From assembly GCA_035084275.1 (NCBI GenBank), contig CM068756.1:14508001-14572000 (forward strand): DNA of 64,000 nucleotides, given 5' to 3'. The translations under genes and the position numbers were made by a program. The stretch is from Hydrolagus colliei. Taxonomy: Eukaryota. Position 1 is the stretch's first letter; each line of letters starts with the position of its first letter. Shown in pieces: positions 24,697 to 36,432 of this stretch. The notes under the pieces were generated by a model. The model ran no database searches. It was not told the origin of the DNA and saw only the letters and a list, made by a program, of their open reading frames with translations.

Positions 24697-25002
24697 CTTG
24701 TACAATTAAATGTGACCCAGATCCATGTTTGGTGACTTTCCCCTGACCGGCCAGTGTGCAGACATAGACCCCAGAGTCGTGGAAAGTCACGTTCAGCAGC
24801 TGGAGCGATTTGGAATCAAATATTTTCCTGTTAGTAGGTGTTTGATGCAAGTATTCACTCTCTCCTTCTTTCCACCAGTGAAATGCTCTATCTGAATTTT
24901 GTTGATCGTTGTCAATCCTGCAACTGAATTTAACGTCTTCACCTCGCAACGCTGTCCGTTTGGTAGGATATTGGATCACGTTCATCGATGCCTCAGCAGC
25001 AA
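24697..25002 (-). CDS. A2 VJ-type V exon
   Basis: 306 nt; 5 substitutions versus the A1 V exon by manual comparison. Confidence 0.92.
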
Positions 25003-26319
25003 CTGTCAGGGAATGAATTAACCTATAATTAGTGATTATTATTGAAAGGAAAAAGCACAATTAAATAGACGAAAAGAGGGAGAGAAAGGTGGGAGAACGT
25101 TAGAGGGAAAGAAAGACGGACGTATTCACTACATGTTTTAAAACTGCATGTGTACCGTTTTGTATTTTAACTATAATATAGTAAAATGACAGACCTGTGG
25201 CTATAATCCCCATTAGAGAAAGACGGGATCACATCACTGGCCAACATTGTGAGCAGTTGTTGAGACTCACAGTGAACCAGTCACTGTGACAAACCTTTGC
25301 TGATTTTGTTGATTTTGCAGTGAGGTTTGACTTCCTGTCCCCGAGATTCAGAGACGGCTCAGTTACTATTGGCAAGGACAGATGTGCCTTTCGATACTAA
25401 GTCGGATCATTCCGTGTATCGGCAGGAGAAAGGGGGGTTTAAACATTGCCGTTGTCTGTGTATCGCATTATTACCTTTCATATAAAACATGTACGATTAT
25501 GAAACGTAACCACCTGTACGTAAATGGGAAATCAATTGACTGTACATTTTGTGGAGGAAATGGGAATAGAAAAGGTCAGTTTGTTGCCAAATAACTATTG
25601 TTATTAAAATGTAAAACACCAGTTTAGGCGACAGAACCCGAGCCACCAGTGATTGAAATCACTATTGTATTGAATTCCCTTCCAATAGTTTATTTAATGC
25701 GATTGAAAACCGTGAATACAAATCTGATGATTTCAGTAACAATACATTATGTGTCAGGATCCAAACCCATTTATTGAACGTTTAACGGTAGATATGACGT
25801 AGCTCAAATATATTTTCACAAAGTCAAATTAATCTTCGTTGTAACTGCGACAACGATGTGCGCAGCTTCGCTCTAAAAACACAAGTAGCTAACGATCTTG
25901 ATGGTCCGCGTGAACTAGAGACAAACTTAAATGATTTTCGAGTGTGCTTTGGGCAATGTTCTTTGCACACAGCAATACTGTATCTCCCATGGTTTTTTTT
26001 TCGTAGAATTTACAGTAACTGACCAGAAAATGAAATCAAACTCTGATTTAGACCCCGGGTGGTCCTGGATGTAAATTAATTTTGATATTGTTGTTAATTG
26101 ATTACATCATGTGCCATAGGGGGTAACACGAGGGAACAAATGGGAGCTGTATTGACAGGAATTTGCACCCATTTTACCCCAGTTTACATCACCATTAGAA
26201 ATCACAAGGTGTATTATTTCATGCCTGAATGATTCTATGAAAGACAAAAGTCACTGTGTGTGATCTGGCTGTGATGGGCTGTAACATGCGAATGTGGATC
26301 ATTTGGTGTATTAGGCGGT

Positions 26320-26450
26320 CGATGTGACACAGACTTCCTGTTCCTTTGCGTTACTGAAATTGTAGCTGGTGTGTTACGTGCAATGTGAAACCACACGTCA
26401 GTGAAAATAACAACTCATCCTATTAATAGCAGACAAAAGGCTGAACACCT
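26320..26450. promoter_or_regulatory. Conserved non-coding element, copy 2 (ETS ACTTCCTG 26333, RUNX ACCACA 26390)
   Basis: gatgtgacacagacttcctgtt..gtgaaaataacaac.catcct.ttaatagcaga.aaaaggctgaaca, shared with copies 1 and 3. Confidence 0.55.
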
Positions 26451-27730
26451 AATTAAACATAACAATCACTGATGGTCTGATGCTTAACGGAAATGTTGTA
26501 TTCACTGTTTCACTCAACACCAACAACAACAACAACTTTGATGTATATCGCGCTCTCCACGCCGCACCGCGTCTCAGAGGCTTTAACAGCTTTCACGGCT
26601 CGCCGACCGATGGTGGTGTGAGTGGACTGTGGGGGTCTTGAAATTGAATCCTCTCTGTGATGGAGTCCAGCGAGGATGGGGTGACAGGTTTGCAGTGCCC
26701 GGTGCAGGGGAGGACACGGGCTGCAGTATTCTGGATGATCTGCAATCTACAGAGGGAGGAATTGGGGAGGTTCGCAAGCAAGGCATTGGTGTAGTCAAGC
26801 CTGGACATAGGGAACCCATGAAGTGAGAGTTTAAATGCCGTGAGGGGGCATGGGGTGTTAGTGATGGAGTTGTGTAATGTTGCGAAGATATAGGAAGGAA
26901 GAATCGTAGAGTCATAGACTCTTATGACTGATTGTGGGGACACTGCTGTGCGCAATTTGGCTGCCACGTTTCGCCCACTAATATACAGTTACTTTTCCTA
27001 CTGTTCTTCATCCTGCCCTGATCCTTCCCACCCTGCTCTTGTCCTACCTGACTGTACAGCGCCTTGGGACGTCCTCTCGACGTGAAAGGCGCTATATAAA
27101 TGTAAGTTTTGTTGTTTGTTGTTATGGCAGAAAAGGAGAACATTCGGCCGATCGAGTCTGTGCTGGCTCTTTAAAAAGAGCAATTTAATCCCACTCCCCA
27201 GCTCTCTCCCCTAACCTCACAAACCCGTCCTCCCCAAATAAATGTCTACCTCTCTTTTAAAAGTTGTTATCGAATCGGCCTCCATCACCCTTTAACAACT
27301 CACTGGGTGAAGTAATTTCTCCTCATCTCCCCTCTGTTTCGTTTTCAAACTATTTTAAATCTGTGACTACGAGTCACTGATACGCCCACCTATTAGGTCT
27401 CCTCGCAACCTTCTTTGTTCCAATGAGAATAAACCTAGCTTCTCTAGCCTTTCCTCGTAGCTGAAGTCCCTGATTCCTGGTAACATTCAAGTAAATCTCC
27501 TCTGCCCCCTTTCCAATGCCTTAACATCCTTCCTAAAGTGTGGTGACCAGAATTGCACACAGTACTCTAGCTGAGGCCTACCCAAAGTTTTATAGAGTTT
27601 AGTCAGAACTTACCTGACTTTTGTACTCTATTCCCCTACTTATAAAACCTAGTATCCCATATGCTTTTTTAATAGCCTTGTCTACCTGTCCTACCACCTT
27701 CAAAGAATTACTCACACAAACCACCAGGTC

Positions 27731-28417
27731 TATTTCCATCTGCGCAACATTGCCAGGCTCCGCAACTATCTTACCCCCCGCGCTGCCGAAACACTTGTGC
27801 ACGCATACATCACCTCACGGCTGGACTACGGAAATTCTCTCCTAGTCGGCCTCCCCAGTTCCTCCATTCATAGGCTGCAGGCCATCCCAAACTCTGCAGC
27901 CCGTGTACTATCCCGCACCCGCCTCCGCGACCATATAACCCCCACCCTCTCCCGTCTCCACTGGCTCCCCATCCTCCAGAGGATCGAGTTTAAGATCCTC
28001 GTCCTCAACTACAAGGCCTTGCACGGCCTTGCCCCATCCTACCTAACCGATCTACTCTCCCCCTACACGCCCACCCGGACCCTCCGTTCAACAGGACTTG
28101 GCCTGCTCCAAGCCCCCCGCCCGAACCGCCCCACCATCGGAGGCCGGGCCTTCAGTTTCTCTGCTCCCACCTTATGGAATGCCATCCCTCAATCCCTCCA
28201 TTTCGCCTCTTCCCTTTCCTCTTTCAAGGCCGGTTTGAAGACTTTCCTCTTCGATCGTGCCTTTTGTTCCACCCCGAACTCTTTTACCTCCCCTTCGTGT
28301 TTCACCCCTTCCCAAACACTCCCCTCCCAGCTCGGGTCACACGCCTCTTGTTCAGCGCCTTGGGACGTCCTCCCGACGTGAAAGGCGCTCTATAAATGTA
28401 AATTGTTGTTGTTGTTG
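27731..28417 (+). mobile_element. Young L2-like LINE 3' portion
   Basis: [27 protein letters not shown]; 3' end gcgccttgggacgtcc..gtgaaaggcgctctataaatgtaaa(ttg)n. Confidence 0.88.
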
Positions 28418-28591
28418 TCTGTTCCTTCACATATCTTAAAATTTTGCTACCTAGCCTATATTGCCTCCCATTATTTCTCCTCGCAAAATGCATTACCTCA
28501 CATTTCTCTATATTAAACTTCATCTGCCATGTGTCTGCCCATTTTACCATTCAGTCTATATCTTCTTGCTGATGACTACTATCCTCCTCAC

Positions 28592-29478
28592 TAGGGTCCG
28601 TTGATATGGAAATTTTCCGATTTAGATATATTGATCGGCTCATATCGAGATATACCGAAATATCGATATTTTCGGGATTTTCGTACTGCGCATGCACGCA
28701 TGGCGCGCGCATTCCGGGTGCGCGCGCATTCGGGGCCTATCTACTCAGGAGGTAAATATCTTTCTCTCTCTGTGTCTCTCACTCTCTCCATCTCTGTGTT
28801 TTTCTGTCTGTGTTTCTGTGTCTCTCTCACATCCCCCCCATCTCTATCTATCTGTATATTATCACATCCACCTCATCTCCCCCCCCACCACCCCCACCAT
28901 CTTTATCCCTCCCCCCTCCCACCCCCCCCAGCCGTCTCTCTCTCCCTCCCCCCGCCGCCGCCGTCTGTCTCTACCCTCCACCTCTCTCCAGCCGTCAGCC
29001 GTCTCTCTCCCCCCTCCACAACGCCCCCCAACCGCCTATCTCCCTCCCCACAACACCCCCCTGAGCCATCTCTCTCCCTCTCACACCCCGCCAGCCGTCT
29101 CTCTCCCGCCCACCACACCGCCCCCAGCCGTCTCTCTCCCTCCCACCCCCCTCAGCCGTCTCTCTCCCCCCCCACCCCCCCACCAACCATCTCTCTCCCC
29201 CCCCACCTCCCCCAGCCGTCTCTCTCCCCCCCCACCTCCCCCAGCCGTCTCTCACCCCTCCCCCCCCCCACCCCTTGCATACCTGTATATTGTATTCGAG
29301 GACTATGACTACAATATGGCGGCTTTGCACCTTGGTCTGTGCATTGTGTATAGAGATGAGCATTCTGGGTCTTGTAGTTCAGTGTGTGGCATTCCGATTT
29401 TTGAAATGCCTATATCGGCGTATCGATCTGAAAATTATGTTGGGTTTTAGCGATATATCGATATATCGCCGGACCCTG
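28592..29478. mobile_element. Non-autonomous hAT element (887 bp)
   Basis: TIRs TAGGGTCCG..GATAT and ATATC..CGGACCCTG; exact 8-bp TSD CTCCTCAC at 28584-28591 and 29479-29486. Confidence 0.9.
28880..29275. repeat. C-rich degenerate minisatellite, unit about cagccgtctctctccc(c)n
   Basis: About 8 recurrences of CAGCCGTCTCTCT or variants, separated by C-runs, inside the hAT element. Confidence 0.8.
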
Positions 29479-30074
29479 CTCCTCACTAATTAATATTTTT
29501 CCTAACTTTGTGTCATCTGCAAACTTCGAAATGGTACTTCCATTATATCCCAAATGTACCCAAGTCTAGATCATTAATATAAATTAGAAACAACAGTGGT
29601 CCCAATAGTGATTCCTGGGGGACACCACTGTACACTTCCCTCCAGTCAGAAAAGCAGTCATTCACTACAACTCTCTGCTTTCTGTCTCCCAGCCAGCTTT
29701 GGATCCACGCTGCCACTGATCCTTTTACGCCGTGCACCTCTATTTTCTTTATAAGCCTTTCATGTGGCACTTTGTTAAATGCCTTTTGAAAGTCCATATA
29801 AACTACATCAACTGCACTACCCTCATCTACCCATTCCATTACCTCATCAAAAGATTCTATCGGATTTGTCAGGCAAGATTTGCCTTCAACAAATCCGTGC
29901 TGGCTGTCCTTTATTAACCTATATCTTTCTAAATGAAGATCTATCTGATTATAGTCTCTAGAAATTTCCCCACTGATGGGTCATTGCATGGATGTAGAGG
30001 AGGTAAGATAGCTGAGGTTTGAACAGTTTAATGACTGGCTTGGAGAGGTATATTGTGAATTTGATATAGAGGTG

Positions 30075-30215
30075 ATTGATGTGATACTGACTTCCTGTTT
30101 CTTTGGATTGCTGAAATAGTAGATGGTGTGGTGGGTGCAGTGTGAAACTACACTTCAGTAAAACTGTGAAAATAACAACACATCCTGTTAATAGCAGAGA
30201 AAAGGCTGAACATCT
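30075..30215. promoter_or_regulatory. Conserved non-coding element, copy 3 (ETS ACTTCCTG 30090, RUNX TGTGGT 30127)
   Basis: Aligns with copies 1 and 2. Confidence 0.55.
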
Positions 30216-30289
30216 ATCAAAAACAAGCATTCAGCATCACTAATGAGCTTCGATGCTTTCTGCAACTGGAAATGTTGTTTTGAACATCA

Positions 30290-31620
30290 ACAGAGCTGGA
30301 GTCAGAAATGGGGACGGCAAATGGAACTGATGGGGGAAATGGGTGACTAATTGCACTGTAGAAGAGGGTGGTCTTGGGGCAGGTCTCAATGCAGGCGTGG
30401 CAGGGGGCAAGGCAGAGTTATTGCACAATGGTATTCCAAAGGTTGGGAGTAGAGTAACTGAAGACTTGCCCACTGATGGTGAGGCGAGTGGAGTGTGGGG
30501 GCGAGAACGAGGGTCTTGAAATTGAGCCTCTGTGTGATGGAGTCCAGCGAGGAAGGATTGATAGGTTTGCAGAGACTGGTGCAGGAAAGGACATGGGCTG
30601 CAGTTTTCTGGATTATCTGCAATGTATAGATGGAGCAATAGTCATTGGCATAGTCAAGTATGGACCAAATGAAGGCATGAGTTTAAGCAGCCTGAGGGGG
30701 CATGGGGGATTGCTGGTCGAGTCATGCAATGTTGTGAAGGTGAGGGTAGGTAGCACAGCTCATGGCATGGACGTGGAGGAAGAAAAATACCTGAAATTTA
30801 ACAAGATGCTTATTTTAATGACTAGCTTGGAGAGGTGGAGTGTGAATCCATGGAGGTTGATTCTGAGGTGCGGAGGTGGAGATGCAATGCAATCAACAGG
30901 GTGTTAGACTTGACGTTCAACTGTAGAAACATAGTTGTCATCCAGGATTTGATGTCTGCCAGGAAGTCTGTCACCAAGTAGGATTTGTGGGATAGATTTT
31001 GTAAAGTGCCCTGAGGGATGTAACACACGATGATGCTGGGGCTAGAGGAGAAGCCATTAGTGAGGATAAAGCAGAGACAATGGGAGAGGTAAGACTCAAA
31101 CCGGGTAATGGTAGGTCCATGAACTTTGAATGAATTGGCGAGGTGGTGTAAGAGGATAGCATGGTCGATAGTGTTGAAGGTGGTAGAGAGGTAGAGTAGG
31201 ACAAGGAGTCCAAGAAAGCACAGGTCAGAGATATTTAGAATGGTATTAGAGACTTTGACCAGGACTGATTTCATGCTGTGAAAGCCCAGAAACCAGATTG
31301 TAGGAATTCAAGGTGGGATTGGTGGGAAAGGACAGAGCAAATCTGGGACATGATGACTCATTCCAGGGCATGGGGGAGGAATGAGCAGTTGGAAATGTGG
31401 TAGTATCTGGAGAGTCTCCAGTGAAGATTTTTTCAGGATATGGGTGATAACAGCTGCTTTTAGTTAATGGTAAATGTGCCAGTGAATAACGAGTGCTTGA
31501 TGATATCGGTTAGAAGTGAAGCTAAGAGTTGGAACTGTGAGGTGAGGAGAGAGTCGTGTGGTCAAGGCAGCAGGTGGTGGACTTAATTTTAGAGATGATG
31601 GATTAGAGGCCTAACCAGTA
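30290..31620 (-). mobile_element. Decayed L2-like LINE (RT and 3' region)
   Basis: LVLLYLSTTFNTIDHAILL..SYLSH..LQLNVKS; broken frames. Confidence 0.75.
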
Positions 31621-32170
31621 TTATATAAAGGTTCATTTTAGCTTGACTTTTGTATTCTATCTCACTATTTATTAAAGCATAGTTTCCTGAAATACTTTTT
31701 TAACAGCTTTATCCGCATGTTCTGCGCTATTCAAAGATTTACTTTTGTCACAAAGTTTCTCTATTCCATCGCTCCATTTAAGATTCTACTACCTGTCTTA
31801 TATTGGCTCTCCTTATTATGCTTGCCAAAGTTAATCACTTTGTATTTCTCCACATTAAAGTTCATCTCCATGTGTCTTGCCATTTTACTAATCTGTCTAA
31901 GTCTTCTTGCAGTCTGCTACTAACATACTGTTTCCTACTTTCCTAATTTAGCACTATCCGCAAACTTGGAAAGTGTACCCCTACACCAAGTCCACGTCAT
32001 TTATATACAACAAAAACAGCAGTAGCCCCAATACCGATCCCTGGGGGAAAATATTTCTCACTTCTCTCCAGTTAGAAACACAACCGTTAACATCCAATCT
32101 CTTCTATCTGTCTCCCAGTCAGTTCTGTATCCATGTTGCCACTGTCCCTCTAATACTGTGGGCTTCTATA
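31620..32170 (-). mobile_element. Decayed CR1 RT fragment
   Basis: Reverse strand resembles [23 protein letters not shown]. Confidence 0.6.
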
Positions 32171-33636
32171 TTGCTTATAAAATCAATCAACTTTACTATT
32201 TTACAAACCGGAATTAGTTCACGGATCAATCTTCTGAACTCCAGGGAACAGAAAATCAAGAAATGAAAATAGGGAATAGAGAACAGAGGCTTGGAGTGAA
32301 TAGTGTGTTACAGTGCCATAGAAACGTATCAGTCTAGTGGAGTGTCACTTCTGATACTCGGCCTTTAGAGGGTAGCATGTGTGTAAACTTATTCCTTCAG
32401 GCTGTACAGAGTTACTTTTTTTTCTCTTTCACTCCTTTTATTTTCTCCATGGCATATGATATAAGGAATCTATGTTTGACTGATATCTAACTGGTCCATC
32501 TCAATCAGGACAAAGCCTGTGACAGAATATTTCAGGAATGCTTGTTTGAGGTATGCTCCACAATGGGCTGCTAGGAGGGAATATTCTGTTTTAGTTGGCC
32601 TTTCTATAAAAACATTTGTGGTGCAGTCATACTCAATAGTTACCAGATGCAATTATTCATCAACAGGTCCGGAAACAGTCCAGAAACAGGTAAGAGTGTC
32701 CTCTTTCCTCTGTGCTGTTCCTTTGCTGCCTAGTGCCCTTTGCTGCCTAGTGCCCTTTGCTGCATGCCTTTGGGAGGACTGAAAGCATCGGAGCTGATAT
32801 TCTCCCAGGCAGTTACTGCGCACAAGGTCCCCCGGTCTCTCTGTATATGAATCATGTCACCATGTTTTGCTCATTCCAGTGATCAGCCACAAGGCTACTG
32901 GGTGCCCTCAATGAATTGAACTGCGATTTGAGCAGCGACGCAACCAACAGAAAACCAAGGTGATGTATTTTGGTGATTGGCATAACTGTACTCGCAACAC
33001 ATTTGCAGTCAGCCTAGACTATATCAAGGTAGTTTGATCTGGTTGGGATTCTCTGGGTGTGCTATAAATGGTGGGAAGCGTGTTAAGCATAGCTAGGAAC
33101 TGCAAATGTGGTGTGAGTGCTTGCTGTCCACCATCGGGAAAAACCCAATGAGCAGGTGCGAAGTGCTCTCAGAGAGAGCAATGTGACGTGTGAAAATCTG
33201 ATCACTTCCACAGAAAAGTGCCACTGGGTTCAATACAGTCATCTTCCACTTTATCTTGTGTTCCAAGATGGATGTTGCCCCCTGGGCCACCATGCATAAG
33301 GGCCCAGTTTATATAGAACCTCACTATAACAGCTATTTGTCTGGCTTTGTTTTTGTACTCATTGCCAAGAAGGATGCGACAGACAGACCTGAATCAGGAT
33401 GTCCCATCCATATGGAAGCACCTGTCAGATGTTAAGAAATTCCCCGGATCACTACATGTCAGGTCATGAGTTTCTCAGAGAGTGCAATGTGGCATAACCA
33501 ACGTTTTGTAGCCTTACAATCGAATTCAAAATTCGCCTGTCACATCAGGAGTACATCCCAAGGTGCTAGATGGTGAAGGATTTGGAACCGAGATGGGGGA
33601 TAATATTGAGGTAAGGGAGAATGTAGGTCAGCGAGG

Positions 33637-34890
33637 ATGACTGCCTCCTCGTCCTCCTTGACCTGTCTGCTGCGTTCGACACAGTCGATCACACCATCCT
33701 CCTCCAACGTCTTTCCTCCCAAAGGCACAGTCCTTGACTGGTTCCATTCCTATCTGACCCACCGTTTACACTTTGTTTCTTCCAACGGTTTTTCTTCAAA
33801 CCCCTGCACAGTTTCTCACAGCGTCCCTCAGGGCTCTGTTTTAGGCCCCCTCCTTTTCACCCTTTACACGCTCCCTCTGGGCGATGTCATCCGCAAACAT
33901 GGGGTAAATTTCCACATGTATGCGGACGACACCCAGCTGTACCTTTCTGCCTCATCCCTCAACCCCCAGACCATCGATGTTCTGACAGCATGTCTGTCCG
34001 ACATCGAGTCCTGGACGAGGGACAACTTCTTACAATTGAACATGAGTAAGACCGAAGCCCTCCTGATTGGCTCAAGCCAGCGCCTCCGCACATCGGGCGC
34101 TGCCAGCCTCAACATCCAAGGCTGCACTCTCCACCTCACAAAGCCAATCAGGAACCTCGGCATCATGTTCGATCAAAAACTTTCCTTCCTCCCCCACATC
34201 CGTGCCTTGACCGGCACCGCTTATTTCCACCTGCGCAACATTGCCACGCTCCGCAACTATCTTACCCCCTGCGCTGCCGAAACACTTGTGCACACATACA
34301 TCACCTTGAGGCTGGACTACGGAAACTTTCTCCTCGTCGGCCTCCCCAGTTCCTCCATTCACAGGCTGCAGGTCATCCAAAACTCTGCAGCCCGTGTATT
34401 ATCCCGCACCCGCCTCCGCGACCATATAACCCCCACCCTCGCCCGCTCCCCATTCTCCAGAGGATCGAGTTCAAGATCCTCGTCCTCACCTTCAAGGCCT
34501 TATACGGCCTTGCCCCGCCCTATTAACCAATCTACTTTCCCCCTACAAGCCCACCCGGACCCTCCGTTCAACAGGACTTGGCCTGTTCCAAGCCCCCCGC
34601 CCGAACCGCCCCACCATCGGAGGCCGGGCCTTCAGTTTCTCTGCTCCCACCCTATGGAATGCCATCCCTCAATCCCTCTGTCTCGTTTCTTCCCTTTCCT
34701 CTTTCAAGGCCGGTTTGAAGACTTTCCTCTTCAACCGTGCCTTTTGTTCCACCCCAAATTTTTCGACCTCCCCTTCGTGTTTCACCCACTCCACTCTCAG
34801 CTCGGGTCATACGCCTCCTGTGCAGCGCCTTGGGACGTCCTCCCGATGTGAAAGGCGCTCTATAAATGTAATTGTTGTTGTTGTTGTTGT
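33637..34890 (+). mobile_element. Young L2-like LINE RT/3' portion, inserted in an older antisense L2
   Basis: [36 protein letters not shown]; (ttg)n tail at 34873-34890. Confidence 0.9.
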
Positions 34891-35225
34891 TGGAAGTGTG
34901 GCCAAAGGCACGATTGAAGAGAATGGTCTTGAGACATGCCTTGAAGGACTGAAGGACTGAAGTGAAGGGAATGTAAGATAGAGTACCAAAAGTTGGGGGC
35001 AGAAAGGCTGAAGGCCTGACTACCAATAGTGGGGTGGGCCAAAGTGGGAGACATACAGTAGTCTGGTGCCTGCTGGCTTGAGAGAGTGGACAGGTTGATA
35101 AGTAATCAAGAGGGTCTCAATGTTGCTGACATTCAACTGTAGAAAGTTAGCTCTGCAGAACGGCAGAATGATTAGAGTTTTAAAACTTAGCTGTTTCATG
35201 TTAAGTGTTTTGTTTATGGTTCAAC

Positions 35226-35735
35226 TGTGAAACTGGTTCGTTTCAGTACCTTGGTTGGTGGTTCTGTTCACAAATATGTGACTCGGGTGTGTACTTCAAC
35301 AAGTTTATTCAGCATTTGCAAAGCGGTGTACACCTTAGGTGCAGACTCTCGTCCGTCTACTCCAAGTGCACACTTAGAACAACCTTTACATGGGTAGTTA
35401 TACATTTTTCGCCACATGACTTTTGCCGTGTTACAAAACATCACATGAAAACCTTTAACCCAGTAAATGGCCTCGGGGTTAATGCGATAAGATAGCCTAC
35501 AGCTTTTTGTGCAACAACAAGGCAGTATAGGAGTCAGTTTACACAAACAACCGAACAATGGTATGTCCGCCAGACACAATATCAAAACCATGGTATGTCT
35601 TAAAAGACATAACATCGCTCCTGTTTTCCTCTTATTGCTAAACAGGCTCACGAGTGCTGACCAAAGGTTAAGGAAAGCATAGTGCAGGTTTGCAGATAAC
35701 TAGTATGCGTACAAGTCAGACGAGCTGACTTCTCA
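35226..35735 (-). mobile_element. Solo LTR (510 bp)
   Basis: TG..CA ends, 4-bp TSD CAAC (35222-35225, 35736-35739), minus-strand TATAA at about 35400 and AATAAA at 35309-35304. Absent from the paralogous flank at about 17810. Confidence 0.65.
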
Positions 35736-36258
35736 CAACGACACTTGAAAAATTCCACGCCTACTCCACAACTTTTTCATGGCATTGTATGAAATGCAGC
35801 ATGTTTTGTACATTCTCTTTTAAGGTAGCCCATATCAACTGATGTTTTCACGAATGCTGAAGTTACAGAGTATGTTACAGTTACAGACCAAAGAAGACTT
35901 ACTCATGCAATTTATGTGTTTATTATTGAAAGCCTGATTGAACATGTTACACAAAACTGAATGTCCTAACTTTTATATTCAGATTTTAGTTTGACAGCAG
36001 TTACAGTTCAATTCAATCCTCTTTGTGAGATACACAACTAACTAGCTTGCAGTTCAAACCATTATGAGATTAAAACACAAAACATTTTTTGACAAATACA
36101 TATTGTTATAAAGGTATGGTGAGTGATATTTTCCAAGAAGTTTCCTAAGGACATATCATGTGACAAACTAATAAATGCAAGACAAATAGGACACATAATT
36201 TGGTAAATTGGAAATCTACATCTAATACACACCAATATCAGTTTCTGTGCCTGATACA

Positions 36259-36432
36259 TTACTTGGATCTTGGTTCCCTGGAGATAGCTACTGCTCTTCC
36301 TCCATGGTTTCTCACATGGATCTCTGCATAGTCTATATTCTCAACAGTACGTTTAGGTTTTCCTGTTTTTTTGGAGGAATGTAAATCCAGAGCCGAATAT
36401 GTCAGATTGTTCCCAGCTGCTCTTTGATTGGT
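36259..36432 (-). CDS. A3 terminal tail exon (LTYSAL, IDYAEI)
   Basis: Phase 0. TNQRAAGNNLTYSALDLHSSKKTGKPKRTVENIDYAEIHVRN..SK*. Confidence 0.82.
   Translation of the reverse strand, partial: TNQRAAGNNLTYSALDLHSSKKTGKPKRTVENIDYAEIHVRNHGGRAVAISREPRSK

Larger units (their letters stand above)
18352..25247 (-). pseudogene. Gene A2: L-VJ-C1-TM-ITIM/ITSM receptor, probably disabled or altered
   Basis: Exons: 25195-25247 (L, -2 nt), 24697-25002 (V), 23293-23613 (C1), 22726-22851 (TM), 20769-20808 (linker, 40 vs 44 nt), 19923-20033, 18981-19091, 18352-18525 (tail). Two frameshifts relative to A3. Confidence 0.6.
27125..29960 (-). mobile_element. CR1 LINE split into three pieces (27125-27730, 28418-28591, 29479-29960) by nested L2 and hAT insertions
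   Basis: Collinear RT segments: [38 protein letters not shown], then the CR1 3' UTR. Confidence 0.85.

Noticed and set aside
24697-25002. Positive selection between A1 and A2 V exons (4 nonsynonymous, 1 synonymous)
   Set aside because: Five changes at about 3:1 fit neutral expectation and are too few to test.
28601-29450. Pro-rich ORFs of 235-252 aa
   Set aside because: By-products of the C-rich minisatellite inside the hAT MITE. The same applies to 41658-42152.
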